This document shows positions 24,903 through 38,050 of a stretch of 64,000 nt of DNA, piece after piece. Origin of the DNA: Ranitomeya imitator (Eukaryota). Within the stretch, counting starts at the first letter, position 1. Each line of letters begins with the position of its first letter. Location: assembly GCF_032444005.1 (NCBI RefSeq), contig NC_091283.1, positions 401,884,001 through 401,948,000 of the forward strand, read 5' to 3'. The notes below the pieces were generated by a model. The model made no database searches, was not told where the DNA came from, and was given only the letters and a program-made list of their open reading frames with translations. The translations under genes and the position numbers were made by a program.

Positions 24903-25999
24903 GCACACATCCTTTTTAACGGATATGTGTGCCATAATTAGGGATGATGTCCAGAAAACCGTTGCCAATCTCGTACCACCGCAGCCAGGCCCAAGCACCT
25001 CACATCATAAAAGAGCCAGGTGGGAGATGGAGGAATCCTCAGAGGAAGCATACCCGTACTGATACTATTCAGAGGAGGACGTTAAAGAGGGGGAAGAAAG
25101 TTTTTCCCACAGGCTGTCGGAGGAGTGGAAAAAGTATTTTTTCTCATCCGAGAAAGTCGAGGAGACTGAAGTGCCTCACACAATTCAGGATGAAATGTTT
25201 GGGGGGCTGAGAATGCAAAGGAATAGAGTGTTTCCGTTCAACCAGCACATTAAGGCAATGATCCTGGAAGAATTGGAAGACACAAGGAAGCGGCTTGTCA
25301 TTCCCAGACACTTTAAGGCCCGTCCCCCTTTGATCCGGTGGAAATCAAGGTTTGGGAAGAAATCCCCAAAGTGGATATTCCTATTGCCGAAGTTGCAAAG
25401 TAGACCCCAATACCATTTGAGGACTCTTCCTGCCTGCAGGATACTATGGATAGAAAGGCAGTGGGGCAGTTGAAAAGGAGTTGGGAGTCTTCGGCAGCCA
25501 TTAAGACCAATATAGCCCTCACCTCGGTAGCCAGGTCTATGTGTATCTGGATCGATAAAATCTAACACCCCTAGAGAAGTTATGTTGGAGTCCCTCCCTA
25601 TGCTTAAAATGGTGACGCAATTTATAGAAGATGCTTCGACTGAGTCTGTAAGGTTCGCGGCCAGGAGTAATGTACTATCTAACTCGGCGCGACGGGCAAT
25701 CTGGCTTAAAACGTGGTCGGGGACAGCCAGTCTCAAATTAAACTCTGCTCCATCCCTTTCTCAGGCACACATATCTTCTGCCCAGTGCTAGATGACATTT
25801 TAGAGAGGGCCGCTGATGACAAAAAGGGGTTACCAGAAGGGAAAACCAAAAAATACCATTCCTTTCGTAGGCCCCATCAGTCCCCCAGGCAGGACTGTAA
25901 GGGGAACGGAAAGAGGGGAAGGTGGAGTTACCCCAAGGGGGCAGAAGTAGATCCACCCAGTTTTCTTTGTGCCCACAGAGGAGATCTTGACGCCAGGAA

Positions 26000-27864
26000 G
26001 GTCGGAGGAGACTGCAGCTTTTTCTGGAAAAATGGCGGACCATTATGGACAATCAGTGGATCCTGCGAACCATAGAAGAAGGATACAGGATAGACTTCTC
26101 CCATCTCCCTCCTCAGTGGTTTTGCACCACCAAACCCCAGTCCCTCTCTGCTCTAAAAAGATGCTGGGTGGATGTCATAAACCTCTTCGAATTAGGTGCA
26201 GTCGAGCCGGTACCCATTTCAGAGATAGGTCAGGGTCACTACTGCTCCCTTTTCTCCATGAAAAAACCTTTGGGCAAATATATTACTATTATAAACTTAA
26301 AACCTCTCAATCAATGGGTCAGATACAAAAAATTCAAAATGGAGAAAATAAAACTAAGCATTCAGTTGATAGGGAAGGACTCTGCCTGCCATGTGCACGT
26401 TAGATCTAAGAGATGCATACTATCACATGCCAATTCACCCAAACTACCGCCAATATCTGAGGTTTGCACTAGATCACCAGGGAGCAAGCCGCCATTTCCT
26501 GTTTACATGCCTTCCATTTGGCCTCTCCTCAGCTCCTTGTATCTGTATGAAGATAATGACGGAGGTGGCAGCCTTTCTGATGAGGAAGGGAATTATTGTG
26601 GTTCCATATATAGACGACATCCTTTTAGTAGCGGACTCGGCTATCCTCCTCAAACAACAGCTCAGATTATCGACATTCTAGAGGGCCTGGGTTGGTACGT
26701 CAACTGAGAAAAATCCGACCTACATCCAGGTACCCAGAAGGTGTTTTTTGAAGTCCTCCTTAATTCGCATTGCAGGATGCCTTCTCTGCCCATCGTAAAG
26801 CAGGAGGAGATCAGAAGCAGGGTCCGGGCTTTACAGAGGAAGAGAACAGTTTCCATCAGATATGCCATGAGGGTCCTAGGCCTGGTGACATCCTGCATCC
26901 CAAGCATACAATGGAGTCAGGCCCACTTGAGAAAGCTACAAGGTACGGTCCTATCAGTCTGGAACACACATCACTCTGGTCTAGACAGGAAAATGAGAAT
27001 CTCGGTCAGTCTAAAGAATCCCCTATCGTGGTGGACATCCAGAAACAATCTCGGGGAATGAGTACCATGGATCTTTTCTCCCTACTTCCATATCACCACC
27101 GAAGCAAGTCTGAAAGGGGCGCAGAAGTGGAGGGACAATACCTGCAGGGTATATAGTCCCCATAAGACCAGGGAAGATCCTCCAATTACAGAGATCTAAA
27201 GGTGGTATGGGAGACTCTACAACGATGCAGAGATACGGTCAGGGATCGTCATGGGAAAATTATTTCAGACAACATTACAGCGGTTTCCTTTCTGCGTCGC
27301 CAAGGAGGTCTGAGAGGCCAATTCCTACAGACCTTAGCAGAACATAAAGTATATTTCAGTGGGCAGAAGAGAACCATTGGTCCATCTCGACAGTGCACTT
27401 GAAAGGCTTCGAAAACAGAACAACAGAATTTCTCAGCAGGGAAAAGCTATGGTCCTCCAAGTGGGAATTGAAGCCAGAAGTGTTCAACCAGCTGACCCAG
27501 AGATGGGGAATTCTGTGTGTATATCTGTTTGCAACCCGGAAGAACATAAAGGTGGCAAGGTCCATAGCTCCAAGAGACAACCCAGAAGGGGAAGATGCCC
27601 TATCTCAGAGTTGGGAAGAAGATCTTGTGTACACATTCCCTTTTTTCCCCTTATACCAAGAGTCCTAAGGAAGATCAAGCCACAGTAATATTGGTAGCAT
27701 CCTTCTGGCCCAAGAGGAGTTGGTTTCCAGTGTTACATTACATGGCCTTGGAGGATCCAGTCCCCCTTCCAGACAGATGCGACCTACTGTCCCAGGGTCC
27801 AACCTGGCATCAAGATTCTCGCTTTCTATGCCTGACTGTCTGGATCCTGAGCGGAAGATCCTAA
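26000..27864 (+). pseudogene. DIRS1 RT / RNase H / adenine-methyltransferase-like domain, frameshifted
   Basis: WILRTIEEGYRI, LDLRDAYYHMPI, PFGLSSAP, YIDDILL, SDNITAV; WELKPEVFNQLTQRWG..YLFAT and TFPFFPLIPRVLRKI. Confidence 0.88.
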
Positions 27865-28534
27865 GCTCCAAGGGATTATCAGACAAGGTGATAACTACCA
27901 TGCAGGCGAGTAGAAAACCAGTGACGTCAGCGATCTATTCCAAGATATGGAAGAAGTTCTGTTCTTATGTGGGAAAATCTACTTCGGACACATCCCGTAC
28001 ACACATTCCCTGAATATTGGAATTCCTTCAGAGCGGATTTGAGATGGGTCTGAGGCCTAGCACACTAAAGGTACTGATTTCTGCCATTAGCGCCTTTATG
28101 GACTTCCCTTTAACAGACCATCCATGGATTGCAAGGTTTACTTGAGCCGTTAATAGGTTAAGATCCATAATCAGAGAGACTGTTCCACCATGGGACCTAA
28201 ACTTAGTGTTAGGGACAATGTGCAGATCTCCCTTTGAACCCCAAGAAGAATCTAACATTAACTTTCTCTCCATGAAGACTGCATTCCTGGTGGCGGTCAC
28301 CTCTGCCAAATGGTTAGGTGAAATCCAGGCACTGTTGGTAAGGGATCCCTATTTACAGATCCTAGAGGATTGTTTAATATTTAGGTTTGACCCGTCCTTT
28401 TTGCCAAAGGTAGTATCAGAGACGAACTTGAGCCAGGAGATCGTTCTTCCATGATTTTGTCATCTCCCGAAGAACGAGAAAGAAAGGATATTTCACACAC
28501 TGGACTTAAGACGAGCAGTGATGCGCTATGTAGA

Positions 28535-29677
28535 TGGAGCGCCCCGTCAGGGCAAGGGGTTATTCGGTACCGGGTCCTGCGGTTCACAGGGGAATGTCAC
28601 GGTGGCTGACCCAGTCCGTGGCCCTGGAACATACATATAAAAGGGAAAGGTCTTTAAAGGGATAAGGTTTATGTTCGTGAGGCCACCTGTGGTATTCGGT
28701 CAGGGTGACCGACGCTGCTTTAAGGGGTCCGCTGGGGTGATGTTATGGTAGCTAGATGGTATACCTGCCCACAGGTGAAGTATATTCCCAGGGCTTTCCA
28801 GTATGTAGATGGTAGAATGGTGAGGGGTGCAATGAAGAACGAGGACACAGGATTGCAGTGTCTTTACCTTGTTTACTGTTGCTTTCAGCAGCCACAGTCC
28901 AAGGCACCAGATCACAGGGCAGGTAGAGTCCAGCTGCTTTGGAGGCAAGTCCAGAGTCCCCTTGTCCAGGTGGAAATCAATAGCCTTCCCTTGCGCTGTA
29001 GTGGTGTAGTCCCTTACTGCATAAGCTTCAAATAAGTTCCTCAAAGATGTGGTGTTTCTCTCTCTGTTCCCCATAGTCGGATAGGATAAAACCCCTATGA
29101 CTGCTGGCTTGAGGCGGTTTATAGGGACTCTAGCATGCCCCAGCTTCTGAGGGGTGCCACCATGCCTCCTAGGTGTAAGTGCGGGCAGGTAACATGCAAT
29201 TAGCTGTCCTGCCGGTCTCTGAAGTAAGGCGTAGAGGTCCTTACTACCTTGGTGTACCGGCTACCAGTTATCTGCGCCTCAGAAGGAGGCAGCCTGCTTG
29301 GGGCTGGTCCCCTTCTGGTATCCTCTCCTGTGCTTTGCTTTCCTGCATGCTCACTGCAACGTATTCTGCTTTCTGAAATGTCTCCTTCTGGGAGCTGTAG
29401 CTCTTAGGGCATGCACAGCTCCGTGGACCCTCTGTCCTCCTCAGACGAATGTCTGGAACTAACTAAATTTCCCTACAGACTACCAGTTATATACAGTATA
29501 TATGGGTAGTCACCTAGTAAATAGGATCAAAAGCTCCCCCTAGTGGCCTGGATTGTGAATATGTTGCATGCTTGTGGTACCTAGATGCAGTTATCCTTCA
29601 TTGCCTCCAAACGTAGCATCACTCTCCCTGAGAGGAAAGCAATGCCAATGTGATGACCAGAACCCTAGGGCGCCACA
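28535..29677 (-). repeat. Solo LTR (family copy B)
   Basis: TGGAGCGCCCC...GGGCGCCACA; 4-bp TSD TAGA at 28531..28534 and 29678..29681; reverse-complement homology to copy A. Confidence 0.85.
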
Positions 29678-29923
29678 TAGAGGTCACAGCTTCCTGGAGG
29701 CAGGACTCAGACTTGGTCATACAGTATGCAGGGAAGCATAGGGACAAGAAAGCCTCAAAGTCAACTTTATGTGGGTGGATTACATCAACCATATCATGAG
29801 CATACGAGTCAGAGAAAAGAGCCCCCGCTTAATATTAAAGCTCACTCCATGAGAGCGATTCCCATATCCTGGGCCGAAAGAGCAGGGGCTTCCATAGAAT
29901 AGATCTGCAGGCATGCCTCCCAA

Positions 29924-31031
29924 TAATAATAATAATAATAATAATTTTATTTATATAGCGCCAACATATTCCGCAGCGCTTTACAAATTTTAGAGGGGAC
30001 TTGTACAGACAATAGACATTACAGCATAACAGAAATCACAGTTCAAAATAGATACCAAGAGGAGTGAGGGCCCTGCTCGCAAGCTTACAAACTATGAGGA
30101 AAAGGGGAGACACGAGAGGTGGATGGTAACAATTGCTTTAGTTATTCGGACCAGCCATAGTGTAAGGCTCGGGTTTTCATGTAAAGCTGCATGAACCAGT
30201 TAACTGCCTAAGTATGTAACAGTACAGACACAGAGGGCTATTAACTGCATAAAGTGTATGAGAACATGATACGAGGAACCTGATTATGTTTTTTTTTTTT
30301 TTTTTTTTGTTTTTTATGATAGGTCACACAGGGATCGTTAGGTTAATGTGTTGAGGCGGTAGGCCAATCTGAACAAATGAGTTTTTAGGGCACACTTAAA
30401 ACTGTGGGGATTGGGAATTAATCGTATTAACCTAGGTAGTGCATTCCAAAGAATCGGTGCAGCACGTGTACAGTCTTAGAGACGGGAGTGGGAGGTTTTG
30501 ATTATTGAGGATGCTAACCTGAGGTCATTAGTGGAGCGGAGGGTACGGGTAGGGTGGTAGACTGAGACCAGAGAGGAGATGTAGGGTGGTACTGAGCCAT
30601 GGAGTGCTTTGTGGATGAGGGTAGTAGTTTTGTACTGGATTCTGGAGTGGATGAGTAGCCAGTGTAATGACTGGCACTGGTGAGGAATATGATCCTGGCT
30701 GCAGCATTCAGCACAGATTGGAACGGGGAGAGTTTGGCAAGAGGGAGGCCGATTAGTAGAGAGTTACAATAGTCCAGACGAGAATGAATAAGTGAAACAG
30801 TAAGAGTTTTTGCAGAGTCGAAAGTAAGAAAAGGGCGAATTCTAGAAATGTTTTTGAGGTGCAGATAAGAAGAGCGAGCCAGTGATCGGATGTGGGGGGT
30901 GAATGAAAGCTCGGAATCAAGGATGACCCCAAGGCAGCGGGCATGTTGCTTTGGAGTAATGGTGGAACCGCACACGGAGATGGCAATGTCAGGCAAAGAT
31001 AGGTTAGTAGAGGGAGCGAACACGAGGAGTT
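29924..31031 (-). mobile_element. 5'-truncated L2 LINE inserted in the TIR
   Basis: ARCLGVILDSELSF..SRLDYCN ORF, (TAA)n tail, TCCCAA duplicated at 29918..29923 and 31032..31037. Confidence 0.88.
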
Positions 31032-31189
31032 TCCCAACTTTTGAAGAAGGCAAAGAGGGATAAAGTTTGTGGCGCGTGCAAATTTTAGGCTATGCCTCTG
31101 ACCACACCCATGTCACAACTAGTCACACCCATATCCATGTCCCAACCACACCCATTTAGCACTGCTGATCACACTGTTTCATAAACAAT

Positions 31190-33165
31190 AATTATAAACA
31201 AAAAAATATGGCCACAGAGTAATCCATACTGTATAATAGCCACACATGATGCTCAATACTGTATAATGGCCACACAGTGATCCCTACTGTATAATGACCA
31301 CACATGATGCTCAATACTGTATAATGGCCACACAGTGCTACATACTGTATAATAGCCACACAGTGCTCCATACTGTATAATGGCCACACATGATGCTCAA
31401 TACTATATAATGGCCACACAGTGCTCCATACTGTATAATGACCACACATGATGCTCAATATTGTATAATGGCCACACAGTGCTCCAAACTGTATAATGGC
31501 CACACATGATGCTCAATACTGTATAATGGCCACACAGTGCTCCATACTGTGTAATGGCCATACAGTGCTCCATACTGTATAATGGCCACACATGATGCTC
31601 AATACTATATAATGGCCACACAGTGCTCCATACTGTATAATGACCACACATGATGCTCAATATTGTATAATGGCCACACAGTGCTCCAAACTGTATAATG
31701 GCCACACATGATGCTCAATACTGTATAATGGCCACACAGTGCTCCATACTGTGTAATGGCCATACAGTGCTCCATACTGTATAATGGCCACACATGATGC
31801 TCAATACTGTATAAGGGCCATACAGTGCTCCATACTGTATAATGGCCACACATGATGCTCAATACCGTATAATGGCCACACAGTGCTCCATACTGTATAA
31901 TGGCCACACAGTGATTCATACTGTATAATGGCCATACAGTGCTCAATACTGTATAATGGCCACACAGTGCTCCATACTGTATAATAGCCACACATGATGC
32001 TCAATACTGTATAATGGCCACACAGTGCTCCATACTGTATAATGGCCACACAGTGCTCCCTGTTGTATAATGGCCCCACATGATGTTCAATACTGTATAA
32101 TGGCCACACAGTGCTCCATACTGTATAATGGCCCTATATGATGCTGCGTACAGTATAATGGCCCCACATGAAGCTCCATACTGTATAATGGCCACACATG
32201 ATGCTGAATACTGTATAATGGCCACAGTGCTCCATATTGCATAATGGCCACACATGATGCTCCGTACAGTATAATGGCCCCAAATGATGCTCAATACTGT
32301 ATAATGGCCACACAGTGCTCCATACTGTATAATGGCCCCACATGATGCTCAATACTGTATAATGGCCACACAGTGCTCCATACTGTATAATGGCCCCACA
32401 TGATGCTCCATACTGTTTAATGTCCACACATGATGCTCAATATTGTATAATGGCCACACAATGCTCCATACTGTATAATGGTCACACATGATGCTGCGTA
32501 CAGTCTAATGGCCCCACATGATGTTCAATACTGTATAATGGCCACACAGTGCTCCATACTGTATAATGGCCCTATATGATGCTGTGTACAGTATAATTGC
32601 CCCACATGAAGCTCCATACTGTATAATGGCCACACAGGATGCTGAATACTGTATAATGGCCACAGTGCTCCATATTGCATAATGGCCACACATGATGCTC
32701 CGTACAGTATAATGGCCCCAAATGATGCTCAATACTGTATAATGGCCACACAGTGCTCCATACTGTATAATGGCCCCACATGATGCTCAATACTGTATAA
32801 TGGCCACACAGTGCTCCACACTGTATAATGGCCCCACATGATGCTCCATACTGTTTAATGTCCCCACATGATGCTCAATATTGTATAATGGTAACACAAT
32901 GCTCCATACTGTATAATGGTCACACATGATGCTGCGTACAGTCTAATGGCCCCACATGATGTTCAATACTGTATAATGGATACACAGTACTCCATACTGT
33001 ATAATGGCCCCACATGATGCTGCGTACAGTATAATGGGCCCACATGATGCTGAATACTGTATAATCACCTCACATGATGCTTTGTACAGTATAATGGCCC
33101 CACATGATGCTGCGTATAGTATAATGGCCCCACATGATGCTGGGTACAGTATAATGGCCCCACCC
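31190..33165. repeat. Minisatellite with 28/30-bp variant units
   Basis: CTGTATAATGGCCACACAGTGCTCCATA alternating with CTGTATAATGGCCACACATGATGCTCAATA. Confidence 0.95.
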
Positions 33166-33524
33166 CATCATTGCCATCTCCCCAACCCCCTCATTGCCAT
33201 CTCCATCACCACACACACACACCTCTCACCGTGCTCCCTCGCAGCAGCCGGCAGCTTCCTCTCCTGCGGCTCTGAATGATGTCATCCAGCTACGCCTCCA
33301 GTGCCCAACTGATAAAGACCTCTCCGTGTCTCCTGTGCCAGTCAGCGTCAGAGCGAGGAGCAATGTCTGCTCCAATCTGACACAGCGATCGTGCAAGCAG
33401 TTTGAAGCGGCGGTACATTTGGTCTGAGGCCATGCCGGAAAAGGAGGATCCTGGCCGGGATAGCGGGACAGAGTCTCAAAATTGGGACTGTCGTGCTGGA
33501 TCCGGGACTGTTGGGAGTCATGCA

Positions 33525-34285
33525 CACGCGACTCTGCTCGGTACACACACACTGCTCCGCTCCGTACACCTCGTACACACGCAGATCCGCTCCATACACC
33601 TCGTACACACGCGGCTCCGCTCTGTACACCTCGTACACACGTGGCTCCACTCTGTACACCTCGTACACATGCGGCTACGCACGGTACACCTCGTACACAC
33701 CCAGCGCCGCTCGGTACACCTCGTACACACGCGGCTCCGTAGACCTCGTACACATGGGGCTCCGCTCCATACACTTCGTACAAATGCGGCTCCGCTCCGT
33801 ACACCTCATACACACGCGGCTCCGCTCCGTACACCTCATACACACGCGGCCCCAATCCGTACACATGCGACTCCGCTCTGTACACCTCGTACACACGCGA
33901 CTCCGCTCCGTACACCTCGTACACACGCGACTCCGCTCCGTACACCTCGTACACACGCGACTCCGCTCCATACACCTCGTACACACGCGACTCTGCTCCA
34001 TACACCTCGTACACACACAGCTCCGCTCCGTACACCTTGTACACACGGCTCCGATCCGTACACCTCGTACACATGCGGTTCCACTCCGTACACCTCATAC
34101 ACATGCGGCTCCGCTCCGTACACCTCATACACATGCGGCTCCGCTCCGTACACCTCATACACATGCAGCTGCGTTCTGTACACGTCGTACACATGTGGCT
34201 CCGATCTGTACACCTCGTACATGGCTCTGCTCCGTACACCTCGTACACACACAGCTCTGCTCCGTACACCTCATACACACGTAGA
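33525..34285. repeat. Minisatellite, about 29-bp unit
   Basis: CTCCGCTCCGTACACCTCGTACACACGCG repeated. Confidence 0.95.
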
Positions 34286-34791
34286 TAATCTACACGGCTC
34301 TTTTACATCCACACTGTAAACCTCTCCTGACCCCACACATAAACTTACCCTCATCCAGCACCATGACAACCAGCACAGCAGATGCCTGCATACACGGAGG
34401 CCCCTGATCATGTGACCCCTGACTTCTCCCCTCCTGTAACCTCATCACAGGTCCTGTGCGCACAGAGCAGCCATCCGGATGTTGTACAAAGAAAAGCTGC
34501 AGAGGAAGTTTCCCATTGTCTCTTAACAACCAGTCGGTGAATGAATAATGGATCACAGTGCAGTGCGGGAAAATTAAGATCCCGGCCGTGACAGCAGGGC
34601 AGACTCTCAAAATCGGGACTGCTCCGCTGGTTCCGGGATGGTTGGAAGGTCTGCTGCAGGGCCGCATCTTGGTCTACTTTCTGTAGACACTACAAGCTAG
34701 ATGTGATGTCAGGCAAGCAGTAAGCTTACCGATGGAAGGGCCTGCAGGCAATGGCCCCGCCCTAAAATGCCATTTATTTGGTATTTCTCCA

Positions 34792-34883
34792 GTCGTGCTG
34801 TCATGACAGGGGAAAATGTCCTGGTGAAAATAGGAATTAGTCCTACCGGTAATTGTATTTCCAGGAGTCCATCATGACAGCAC
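34792..34883 (+). other. DIRS1 internal complementary region (ICR)
   Basis: First half is complementary to the start of the left ITR (about 14109..14141); second half TAGGAATTAG..CATGACAGCAC is complementary to the element's 3' end (about 35087..35140). Confidence 0.8.
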
Positions 34884-36094
34884 CATTACATTCCCTCCCC
34901 TTGAAGTCTGAAGCTGATGTGAGGTTAACATTTGTATGTAAGAATTCAATAAAATAAAGTTGCATCCATCCTGGCGTGGTTATTGGTAAAATACACAGGG
35001 AGGGGGGGGGGGGGTGAGGTGTAGGGGGGCTTTTAACCTCTTGTGTGTTTCCTGTCCCTAGAGGATGAGTAGGACTACCTCATGTTGTGCTGTCATGATA
35101 GACTCCTGGAAATACAATTACCGGTAGCACTAATTCCTATTTTTTTCCAAGGGTCATCATTTTTTTTTATTTTTCTATCATTTTTTGCATATTGGAATGA
35201 CGCCATTCATTTTACCATATAAAATACTGAAAAACAAGGAAAAAAATTCCAAGAGCGGTGAAATGGGAAAAAAAATCTCAGTCCGCCATTGTTTTTTGGG
35301 GGGAGGGTTTATATTTATGGCTTTCATTGTGCGGTAAAAGTGACCTGATAACGTGATTTGCCAGGTCAGTATGACTACAACATAGAAACATTTTTTATTT
35401 ATATTTTAGCTGTTAAAAAAAATTCTGAACTTTATAAAAAAAGATTTCTCTGACAACAAATGTGTTTTTTTTTTTAAATTGGGGAGTGATTTATAATTTC
35501 ATTTCTTTTATATATTTTGAAAAACTTTTTTTTTTTTGTAATTGCTTTTCATTCATTTCTTCAGTGGGACTTGAAGCTGCCATCGTTTGAGCCCTTGTAC
35601 TATGCACCGCATTGTTATACGACTGCAGTGTTTGGTTGAATTAACCTCTCTGAAATTAAGGAAATTAACGTAATGTAAAAAGATGTCGGCGGCGGGCACC
35701 ATTAGTAAGCCATTGACAGCCTGTGATCTCCTGACTAAACGGGTTAAATGCCAGTGTCAATGCTCGACTGCAGCATCTAAATGGTTAAACAGCAGAGAGC
35801 GAAGCTAGCTCTGATCATGGCCACTGCTGGCTGGATAACACAGCTGAGATGTGACCATCTCCAGAAGTGCACCTGCCCCCATGGGAGCCAGTGCCAGCGA
35901 GCAAGGTGTGTTACTTGTTATCAGGGCAGAGGTACAGTAACTTCTCTGGGTGTGACGGACACCGGATCTCCCACCATACTCCTACGCTTCTCTGCCCCAA
36001 ATGATGCAACTCTGAAGCAAGAGGAGTTAGAGAATGATAAAAATGGTCATTCGGCGAGGTAGGGTGTGAAATGGGACTACAATAATCAGCTTTA

Positions 36095-36430
36095 GGGTAT
36101 GTGCACACGTTGCGGATTCTCTGCGGATCCGCAGCGTTTTTTGAGGTGCAGAAACGCTGCAGATGCGCAATTGATTTACAGTTCAATGTAAATCAATGAG
36201 GAGAAAAAAATGCTGTGCACACTTTGCGGAAAATCCGCTGCGGAAACGCTGCGGTTTAAAAGAAGTAGCATGTCACTTCTTTTTTGTGAATCTGCAGCGT
36301 TTTTGTACCCATTCCATTATAGAAAACCGCAGGGGTTAAAACCGCGGAACCACAGTTGCGTTTTCTGCCAGGAGAGGCAGAATCCGCACCAGAAATTCCT
36401 AAGCCTAATCCGCAACGTGTGCACATAGCC
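36095..36430. mobile_element. Harbinger-type MITE
   Basis: TTA|GGGTATGTGCACACGTTGCGG ... CCGCAACGTGTGCACATAGCC|TTA. Confidence 0.85.
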
Positions 36431-36990
36431 TTAATAGAGCCTAGAGGTGATGACTTGTGCACCAGCCATACACTGCACATCAACTGCAAAGTCAGTAATA
36501 ATCACACATTCTCACTGACCTCACTCCTGAAATACTCTGTGCTGTATGAAGCCCTGTGCCATTCATCAGTCTGCTAACATCCACAAGAGTAGCTTGTTTT
36601 TCTTGAAATACTCTGTGCTGCTGGGTAACCTGCTCCTTCCTCTTTATGTAATTCTGTCTGTGATCTTGTATAAGTTCAGCTTACTTTTCTACATAAATAC
36701 TCCATGGTGTGTGAACCCCCCTGCATTTTTTTATCTGTCATCTTGAAACCATGGCCTCCTCTATGATCAGGGTGTTCTTATCCTGAAACACTCTGTGCTG
36801 CTGAAGACCCTGCTTCTTACACTATGTAATGTTCAGTCCGAGACTTCCCACAAGAACAGCAACTCATCTGCTGAATCACTCTGTGTTGCTGAGAATCCTG
36901 CCTTTTCCATTATGTAATTCATGGCCCCTCCATAAGACACTTCTCTCTTAAAACAAGAAGAAGCTCACAGCAGCACAGAGTGTTTTAAAA

Positions 36991-38008
36991 CCCCTTAATG
37001 ACAGCCAATACGTCTTTTAACTGACCTGAGATATAAGAGAATTACATCCCCATGCAGGTGACAATCCAGCAGCTGTCGGCTGTACACTATAGCGGACAAC
37101 TTGCTGCATCAGCCACGATCAGTGTTTGCACCGTCCAAATCTGTTTAACCCCTTAAGGTATGTGTCCACTTTCAGGATTGCATCAGGATTTGGTCAAGAT
37201 TTTATGCAGGTAAAATCCTGATGAAATCTGCACCTGAGGTCACTGGCAGGTCACCTGCGCTGTCCTTGCGTTGTTTCTGCAATGTAAGGACATGCTGCGT
37301 TCTGAAAAGACGCGCCGCATGTCCGTTTCCTTGGGTCTGCCGCATGCATCTTTTAACGAATAGAGGAGACGGGATTTCATGAAATCCCCTCCACTATGCT
37401 GTAACATCTGGATGCTGCATGTTTGACGCTGCGGCTCTACACAGCGTTAAACACGCAGTGTCCTGAACGTGGAAACCTACCCTAAGATGCTGCTGTCAAT
37501 AGTGACTACATCATATAAATGGTTAACAGAGTGAGGGGCTTCCTCTTTATCCCAATTGGTGCCCTCAGGTCATGATTTTGTGGTCCTGATGTTTGGCATG
37601 GTAATTCACGACCAAATAGCGGCCTTAGGGCTCCTTTCCACTTGCGAGGAAAACGGACGAGTGCAATCCGATAAAAAATCGGATTGCACTCAGACCAATG
37701 TTATTCAATAGGTGTCTTTTCATTTGTGATTTTTTTCTCAGCTGAAATCGGACTGAGAAAAAATTGCAGCATGCTGCGTATTGCTGCTATTCTCGGACGA
37801 GTCTCGCCAATGCAAGTCAATGGTGCGAGAAAAAAAACGCACAGCACTCGCACCATGCCAGTGCTGTCTGATTTTTACGCACCGGTGTCCTTTGAAAAGC
37901 CTGCAATTCAGCGCGGTGTACAGTAAAGTCACACTGACAGGTTAGAATAGAATAGATATATACACATAGAATAGGTATATATACATATATATACATGTCA
38001 GGGAGACA

Positions 38009-38050
<42 letters not shown>

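Larger units (their letters stand above)
29912..34653. mobile_element. Composite non-autonomous TIR element carrying two minisatellites
   Basis: Left end CATGCCTCCCAA, inner right end GTTGGGAGTCATG at about 33521, outer right end GTTGGAAGGTCTG at 34653; CTGCAGG duplicated on both sides. Confidence 0.7.
27850..34720 (+). pseudogene. DIRS1 tyrosine recombinase split in three (about 27850..28534, 29678..29911, 34661..34720)
   Basis: RKPVTSAIYSKIWKKF, AFLVAVTSA, LDLRRAV, KAHSMRA, ICR|AASWSTFCRHYKLDV. Confidence 0.82.
14103..35146 (+). mobile_element. DIRS1-type tyrosine-recombinase retrotransposon expanded by nested insertions
   Basis: Left ITR about 14103..14220 is the reverse complement of about 35005..35095; an internal complementary region is present; RT, RNase H, methyltransferase-like and recombinase remnants lie in between. 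Confidence 0.88.

Noticed and set aside
25185-25736. 183-aa minus-strand ORF
   Set aside because: It is the antisense shadow of the DIRS1 gag region.
31190-33165. CRISPR-like look of regularly spaced 28-30-bp repeats
   Set aside because: No unique spacers, eukaryotic context, no cas genes; this is a tandem minisatellite.
31192-34319. Many long ORFs (up to 350 aa) with repetitive peptides
   Set aside because: They are translations of stop-poor minisatellite units with no domain or splice support.
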